Positions 56,743 to 64,000 of a stretch of 64,000 bases of DNA are shown in pieces. Below the pieces are notes generated by a model. The model saw only the letters and a program-made list of their open reading frames with translations. It did not search any database and had not been told where the DNA came from. Position numbers and translations under genes: made by a program. The DNA is from Macrostomum lignano (taxonomy: Eukaryota): assembly GCA_002269645.1 (NCBI GenBank), contig NIVC01000446.1, forward strand, positions 124,001-188,000, given 5' to 3'. Position 1 is the stretch's first letter; the number at the start of each line of letters is the position of its first letter.

Positions 56743-58029
56743 ATGTCTGTACAGACGGATCAACAAGGCGGGGGTGACTGGTCTGCTATGCAGCCACAGC
56801 AGATGAATCCAGGAGAGACTTGTCACCAGCTGCTCAACCAGCGAGCCCATCGATTCGAATCCGTCAGCGTTGCCAGCGGCCTCGGCTCGGCCGAAGGCGA
56901 GTCAGTCGGTTTGGACGGTGTCCCAGTCGGACAAGATCAAGTAGTAGCCGTAGCTGTGAACACCATCACAGGCAGGCTGTGGCAGGGTCGCGTACTGTTT
57001 CTACGGTTGTCATTGGCAACCGGCCCCGCTGCGGCGACGGCCGCTTATTCTACGCCAGCCTGCGCTCCGCTAGTGCTGGAAGGCCCACTAGGCCGGGATA
57101 AAGTGCAGCGGTTGAGCATCAGCGACTGCTGCTTTCTGCCAATCGGCAGTCAGCAGCGACGTCTGCTGGCGCTTGCCGGTGACGATGGCAGCGTGGCGGC
57201 GGTGACGAATCCGCTGGCTGGCGAGCGGCATTGCAGCCTTCGAACTGAGCACGACTCTGGCGTGGCCTGTCTGACCCCGGTGGGAAATTCGACCACTACT
57301 GACGAATGTCGATTCGTATCGATTAGTGGCGGATCGGATAGGCAGGTTAAACTGTGGCAGGTGGAGTCAGACGGCGGGCTCGTGTCCTTGAACACTTGGA
57401 CGGCCGGTGGCAGCGCGTCGCCGCTCGTGTCTGCGGCCGGATCGACGAAGTCTGACCGATTGGCAACTTGCTCCGCCGACGGTCGGGTTCGAGTTTGGGA
57501 CCTCCGACAGCGTCTGGTTGCAGCTTCCGGAGTAGTGGCGTCGGCGGCGTGTTTCCCTGGCAACGACGGTTGCTATGCGCGCTGTCTGGATTGGCTCGAC
57601 GACTGTCGCTTAGTAACTGGCGGGATCGACGGCCGATTGAGGCTGCACGATCTGCGGGGTCAGAGTTCGAGTGCAGCGGAGGTGCAGCTGGGGCGAGTGG
57701 CTTCCAGCAGGCTGACTCGAGTTCGTTGCTCTGGAGGCGGCGAAGCCAGACAGCCAGTTGCTGCGGCTTCCACCAGCGACGGCGGCGTCTACGTTGTCGA
57801 TTTCTTAGAAAGTGCCCCAATGATCGTGAGTCTGCCTAAGCCGGACAGGTTCTCCATAGCGTCTATGGCCGAGTTTGGCGACGAAGTGGTTGGCGGATTG
57901 GCCTGGACTGGTGGTCAATCTTTGGCTATAAGTAGAGGTCGCAGCCTGGTGCTGGCCTGTTGCCAGGCCGATGATGGTAAAATGTGGCCAACTGTGCCTC
58001 TGACTGTGCCTCATCTGTTGTACACCTAG
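56743..58029 (+). CDS. WDR77: WD40 protein, methylosome protein 50 (MEP50/WDR77)-like, single exon
   Basis: 428-aa ORF. NTITGRLWQGRV, EHDSGVACL, SGGSDRQVKLW and TCSADGRVRVWDLR match the recalled WDR77 pattern (SSLSGRCWAGSL, EHDDIVSTV, SCSEDNRILLWDTR). Confidence 0.75.
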   Translation: MSVQTDQQGGGDWSAMQPQQMNPGETCHQLLNQRAHRFESVSVASGLGSAEGESVGLDGVPVGQDQVVAVAVNTITGRLWQGRVLFLRLSLATGPAAATAAYSTPACAPLVLEGPLGRDKVQRLSISDCCFLPIGSQQRRLLALAGDDGSVAAVTNPLAGERHCSLRTEHDSGVACLTPVGNSTTTDECRFVSISGGSDRQVKLWQVESDGGLVSLNTWTAGGSASPLVSAAGSTKSDRLATCSADGRVRVWDLRQRLVAASGVVASAACFPGNDGCYARCLDWLDDCRLVTGGIDGRLRLHDLRGQSSSAAEVQLGRVASSRLTRVRCSGGGEARQPVAAASTSDGGVYVVDFLESAPMIVSLPKPDRFSIASMAEFGDEVVGGLAWTGGQSLAISRGRSLVLACCQADDGKMWPTVPLTVPHLLYT

Positions 58030-58159
58030 TTTGAATTGACGCATCAGGACTAATGGGCATTTAAATTTCAAATATTATTCATTTAGCTAAAGTGGCTTGC
58101 TACTTATTCACATTAAGTCTCCTGAATCTACAAATGCCACAGTTTCTCTGGCGACCCTA

Positions 58160-58772
58160 GCGCAAACTCAAACATAAGCCCAAGTTCAAACCCAAACCCA
58201 AGCCCAAGTTCAAACTCAAACCCAAACCCAAACTCAAACCCAAGCCCAAGTTCAAACTCAAACCCAAACTCAAACCCAAGCCCAAGTTCAAACTCAAACC
58301 CAAACTCAAACCCAAACCCAAACCCAAACCCAAACTCAAACCCAAACTCAAACTCAAACCCAAACTCAAACTCAAACCCAAACTCAAACCCAAACTCAAA
58401 CCCAAGCCCAAACTCAAACCCAAACCCAAACTCAAACCCAAGCCCAAGTTCAAACTCAAACCCAAACTCAAACCCAAACTCAAACCCAAACTCAAACCCA
58501 AACTCAAACCCAAGCCCAAACTCAAACCCAAACCCAAACTCAAACCCAAGCCCAAGTTCAAACTCAAACCCAAACCCAAACTCAAACCCAAACTCAAACT
58601 CAAACCCAAACTCAAACCCAAACCCAAACTCAAACCCAAACTCAAACCCAAACTCAAACCCAAACTCAAACCCAAGCCCAAACTCAAACCCAAACCCAAA
58701 CTCAAACCCAAGCCCAAGTTCAAACTCAAACCCAAACTCAAACCCAAACTCAAACCCAAACTCAAACTCAAA
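58160..58772. repeat. (CCCAAA/CTCAAA)n hexamer array after WDR77
   Basis: Directly visible. Confidence 0.96.
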
Positions 58773-59457
58773 CTATCGGCAGTGAGTTCGCACACCATAA
58801 ATTGTGTTTCTTCCATGTCAATTTCAGAATAACAAAAAGTGATTTTTTCTACTTATGTCTAATTAAATTTTAACTACGGGTTTAGTAATTGAATTCCTAA
58901 ATTGCTACTCTGTGTAACTTTTTTCGCTAACTGCTATTTATGCTATTTGTAGAAGTTTATTTGGGTCAATGTACTTCACTTTATAAGTATGAGTATTAAG
59001 TATATAAAATATACATTGAATCTTGTCGGTTGTTAGTTAGTTTTATACTAATAAAAATATTCAAATTTGAACAGTGTTCTTATTCTGTATTTTTTAAGTA
59101 TGAAAAAACACTTTTTAGAGCGCGAAACACTGAGTGATTGACTGTGAAGGGCAGACAGGTGTTGACATTGAGGCAATAAGAGTTCCTGTTTAAACTGGAA
59201 ACCGAGCCGGCGAGCAGTGACTCGGACCAATGCTAGTGCTCATTCATTCTCTCATGCCTCTCTCATACCAGTGGGGTCGGCGGTTAATTTTGGTTTAAAC
59301 CGGAAAGAACAGCTCACTCTGGAATTCTCTTGCTGAGTGTACATTTTTCCAGGCCAAGAGTACATTCAGACCCTATATGAGCTGAGGTCGTGAATGATTA
59401 CAAAATGACTTTGAAACTGTATTGCATCAGCTAATTAGCAGCACATACATTATAACA

Positions 59458-62400
59458 ATGTTGGGCATTACTAATGTTACTAACAAGACTGCCTTGATGG
59501 TGAGTTCTGCATATATTCTGTTATATAGATCCTGTCACCTGTTATGTAGACCCTGTCACCTGTTATATAGACCCTGTCACCTGTTACATAGACCCAGTGA
59601 CCTGTTACATAGACCCAGTTGCCTGTTACATAGACCCAGTTGCCTGTTACATAGACCCAGTTGCCTGTTACATAGACCCAGTTGCCTGTTATATAGACCC
59701 AGTTACCTGTTATATAAACCCTGTCACCTGTTGTATATATAGACCCTGTCACCTGTTTTATAGACCCGTCACTTGTTATATAGACCCTGTCACCTGTTAT
59801 GTAGACCCTGTCACCTGTTACATAGACCCTGTCACCTGTTATATATCTAAACCCTGTCACCTGTTATGTAGACCCTGTCAACTGTTAGACCCTGTCACCT
59901 ATTATATAGACCCTGTCACCTGTTTTATAGACCCCGTCACTTGTTATATAGACCCTGTCACCTGTTATATAGACCCTGTCACCTGTTATATAGACCCTGT
60001 CACCTGTTACATAGACCCTGTCACCTGTTATATATCTAGACCCTGTCACCTGTTATGTAGACCCTGTCACCTGTTAGACCCTGTCACCTATTATATAGAC
60101 CCTGTCACCTGTTATATAGACCCTGTCACCTGTTATATAGACCCTGTCACCTGTTATATAGACCCTGTCACCTGTTATATATCTAGAACCTGTCACCTGT
60201 TATGTAGACCCTGTCACCTGCTAGACCCTGTCACCTGTTTTATAGACCCTGTCACCTGTTATATAGACCCTGTCACCTGTTATGTAGACCCTGTCACCTG
60301 TTATACAGACCCAGTCACCTGTTATATAGACCCTGTCACCTGTTGTATATCTAGACCGGGTCACCTGTCACTTTTTTTCTCACCTTGATTCTCACAGCGC
60401 TACTTGGCTCTGCCTCAGCCAGCCGACAAAGTGCAGTGCATGTACATCTGGATCGATGGCTCAGGGGAGAATCTGCGTGCCAAGTCTCGAACAGTGGACT
60501 TCACGCCTAAGTCGCCTAAAGGTTATTAATTAAAAAGAACTAATTAGATATATGCACTTGATCTACTTATGAATATGGCAGTGCACACAAGTTTTCACTG
60601 TATTCTGTTTCTTTTGGTCGGTGCCCCTGTCTCTTGATGGGTGCCCCTGTCTCTTGGTGGGTGCCCCTGTCTCTTGATGGGTGCCGCTGTCTCTTGGTGG
60701 GTGCCCCTGTCTCTTGATGGGTGCCCCTGTCTCTTGATGGGTGCCCCTGTCTCTTGGTGGGTGCCCCTGTCTCTTGATGGGTGCCCCTGTCTCTTGGTGG
60801 GTGCCCCTGTCTCTTGATGGGTGCCCCTGTCTCTTGATGGGTGCCCCTGTCTCTTGGTGGGTGCCCCTGTCTCTTGGTGGGCGCCCCTGGTTGGCGCCGC
60901 TAGTTGGCGCCGCTGTTTGGCGCCGCTGTCTTTTAGTGGGCGCTCCTGTCCTCTAGGCCGGTAGATGCCACGTCCTAAGTTGGCAAAAGTTGAGCTCGTG
61001 CCATTCGTTGAGCTTGGTCGCCTCTCATTCTCTCTCATTTTTTGGAGGAGCGAAAGCCCCCCCCCCCTCGGGACTCCCTCCTGCGTACGCTACTCGTACT
61101 TAAAGTGAGAAAGTGTTTAGAAGCTGAGTGAGTGAAGACAGGAGGAAAGAAACACCGGTTTACCCTCCTGGTTTTGCGCATTCAAAAAGTTCATTTCACT
61201 CCCAGCCACAGCTACTATTAGTAGTATTGTTCAAAAAAATTGGCCTAAGGGGGGTTGTCACAAGGAGTATACATGCCATGTAGTGCACATGTGAACGTTC
61301 TTTCTTTACGCCAGAACTGCCAATCTGGAATTTCGATGGGTCCAGCACGGGCCAAGCCGAAGGCCACAATTCCGACGTGATGATTCACCCGGTTGCCCTG
61401 TTCAAAGATCCATTCAGAGGCGGCAACAACAGGCTGGTACTGTGTGAGACCTATTCTCACGATGGCACAGTGCACAGGACTAATAAGCGTCACTCCTGCA
61501 ATGAGGTGATGCAGAAGGTCAAAGATCAGCATCCCTGGTTTGGCATCGAGCAGGAGTACACCCTGCAGGACACGGATCTGCACCCGTTTGGCTGGCCGAA
61601 GAACGGCTTCCCGGGACCGCAGGGTCCGTACTACACCGGGGTCGGAGCCAACAAAGTCTACGGCCGAGACGTGGTCGAGGCTCACTACCGAGCCTGCCTG
61701 TACTCCGAAGTGAAGATCGCCGGCGAGAATGCCGAGGTGATGCCGGCCCAATGGGAATTCCAGGTTGGACCATGCGAAGGCATCGATATGGGCGATCACC
61801 TGTGGCTGGCTCGGTTCCTGCTGCATCGGGTGGCCGAAGATTTTGGCATTGTAGTCAGCTTCGATCCGAAACCAATGCCAGGAGACTGGAACGGGGCCGG
61901 CGCCCATACCAACTATAGCACTGGGGCCATGCGACAGCCTGGCGGCATGAAGGTCATGATTGAGGCTATCGAAAAGTTGGGCAAGCGACACGCATCTCAC
62001 ATCCGGGCCTACGATCCGCACGGGGGCGCCGACAACAAGCGGTGACTGACTGGCCTGCACGAGACGTCTAGCATTGACAAGTTCAGCTATGGTGAGGATT
62101 GTGGGCAGTTTCGGCCGCGTGTTGGCGTCGGTTAGACCCTGGTTTTAGGGCCCGGTGGACACTAACTTTAGAACTCGGTAGAGACTGACTTTAGGGCTCG
62201 GTAGACACTAACTTTAGGGGTTGGTTGACACTGATTTTAGGGTCCGGTAGAAACTGATTTTAGGGCCTAGTAGACACTGACTTTAGGGCCCGTTAAGACA
62301 CCAATTTTAGGGCCTGGGAGACACTGATTTAAAGGCCCTTTAGGCTTTGATTTTAGGGCCTGGTAGACACTGAATTTAGGGCCCAGTAGACACTGATTTT

Positions 62401-63220
62401 AGGGCTTGGTAGACACTGACTTTAGGGCCCGGTGGACACTGGTTTTAAGGCCTGGTAGGCTGTGATTTTAGGGCCTGGTAGACACTGATTTTAGGACCTG
62501 GTAGACACTGATTTTAGGGCCTAGTAGACACTGACTTTAGGGCTCGGTAGACACTGACTTTAGGGCCTGGTAGACACTGACTTTAGGGCCTGGTAGACAC
62601 TGACTTTAGGGCCCAGTAGACACTGATTTTAGGGCTTGGTAGACACTGACTTTAGGGCCCGGTGGACACTGGTTTTAAGGCCTGGTAGGCTGTGATTTTA
62701 GGGCCTGGTAGACACTGATTTTAGGACCTGGTAGACACTGATTTTAGGGCCTAGTAGACACTGACTTTAGGGCTCGGTAGACACTGACTTTAGGGCCTGG
62801 TAGACACTGACTTTAGGGCCTGGTAGACACTGACTTTAGGGCCCAGTAGACACTGATTTTAGGGCTCGGTAGACACTGACTTTAGGGCCCGGTGGACACT
62901 GGTTTTAAGGCCTGGTAGGCTGTGATTTTAGGGCCTGGTAGACACTGATTTTAGGACCTGGTAGACACTGATCTTAGGGCCCGGTAGACACTGATTTTAG
63001 GGCCCGATAATTCTGCCGGCCTCCAAAAACATTCCAAGCTCATTCAATTGAACTCTTTATTGAAGGCGTGGCACATCGCGGCTCCTCGATTCGGATTCCG
63101 CGTCAGTGCAGCGACGAGGGCTGCGGCTACATAGAGGATCGTCGTCCAGCTTCTAACTGTGATCCCTACAGCGTAACCGAAATGATCGTGCGCACCACCT
63201 GCCTTGGCGAGACTGACTAG
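59458..63220 (+). CDS. GLUL: Glutamine synthetase type II, 4 exons, with in-frame TGA at 62043 (possible pseudogene, error or recoding)
   Basis: Exons 59458-59499, 60398-60521, 61315-62091, 63066-63220. Motifs [61 protein letters not shown]. 365 aa if the TGA is read as sense. Confidence 0.93.
59520..60370. repeat. 21-bp minisatellite, GLUL intron 1
   Basis: AGACCCTGTCACCTGTTATAT. Confidence 0.96.
60615..60890. repeat. 20-bp minisatellite, GLUL intron 2
   Basis: GGGTGCCCCTGTCTCTTGAT. Confidence 0.95.
62140..63005. repeat. 23-bp minisatellite, GLUL intron 3
   Basis: GGTAGACACTGATTTTAGGGCCT. Confidence 0.96.
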
Positions 63221-63344
63221 GTGTATTATTGTGTACACTTCGCTTTGTCCTTTTTATCCTCGTCTCGCTTTCCCTTCCTTATCTTGCTCGCGGCGACCCC
63301 CTCTAGGCATATGGCTGTTAGGTAAAGAGTGTACATTGTTTATA

Positions 63345-64000
63345 TCTCCTTGCCCCATTGTATCGTAAATGAAGGTACATTTTCTATGGCTCCTCTCTGC
63401 CCCATTGTATCGTAAATGAATGTACATTATCTATGGTTCCTCTCTGCCCCATTGTATCGTAAATGAATGTACATTATCTATGGCTCCTCTCTGCCCCATT
63501 GTATCGTAAATGAATTTACATTATCTATGGTTCCTCTCTGCCCCATTGTATCGTAAATGAATGTACATTATCTATTGTTCCTCTCTGCCCCATTGTATCG
63601 TAAATGAATGTACATTATGTATGGCTCCTCTCTGCCCCATTGTATCGTAAATGAATTTACATTATGTATGGCTCCTCTCTGCCCTACTGTATTGTAAATG
63701 AATGTACATTATGTATGGCTCCTCTCTGCCCCATTGTATCGTAAATGAATTTACATTATGTATGGCTCCTCTCTGCCCTACTGTATTGTAAATGAATGTA
63801 CATTATGTATGGCTCCTCTCTGCCCCATTGTATCGTAAATGAATTTACATTATGTATGGCTCCTCTCTGCCCTACTGTATTGTAAATGAATGTACATTAT
63901 GTATGGCTCCTCTCTGCCCCATTGTATCGTAAATGAATTTACATTATGTATGGCTCCTCTCTGCCCTACTGTATTGTAAATGAATGTACATTATGTATGG
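63345..64000. repeat. 47-bp minisatellite downstream of GLUL, runs off the window
   Basis: TGTACATTATGTATGGCTCCTCTCTGCCCCATTGTATCGTAAATGAA. Confidence 0.96.

Noticed and set aside
3175-60388. Long low-complexity ORFs in the track (e.g. 21979-24393, 31368-32513, 43672-44583, 58157-58816, 59597-60388)
   Set aside because: They are translations of stop-free tandem repeats, open in several frames and strands, and lie in introns or intergenic DNA.
62043-62045. GLUL TGA as selenocysteine, or bypassed by splicing at G|GTGACT (62042)
   Set aside because: The position is a conserved Arg, not Cys, and no SECIS is evident. That donor is phase-incompatible with the next exon and would delete the conserved LTGLHET motif.

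Overview
Repeat-rich eukaryotic (animal) genomic DNA with GT-AG introns, not prokaryotic. The minisatellite-filled introns and gene layout resemble a Macrostomum-type flatworm, but that is an inference. Nine protein-coding loci could be reconstructed by hand. The + strand carries LSD1/KDM1A, MRPL57 and DNA polymerase beta, then Ku70, DDX11, WDR77/MEP50 and glutamine synthetase. Two tandem ankyrin-repeat paralogues lie on the - strand between those groups. Most long introns contain their own 16-80 bp minisatellite, and these arrays explain most of the spurious ORFs in the track. Mobile DNA includes a 2.2 kb solo LTR, two tRNA-derived SINE families, MITE/foldback elements and a Tc1 remnant. The most notable observations are: an in-frame TGA at the catalytic Arg299-equivalent of an otherwise intact glutamine synthetase; an MRPL57 ORF with no ATG; tandem repeats whose units carry splice donor and acceptor motifs (DDX11 coding array, Ku70 intron 1, POLB intron 4); and operon-like co-oriented clusters of genome-maintenance genes.
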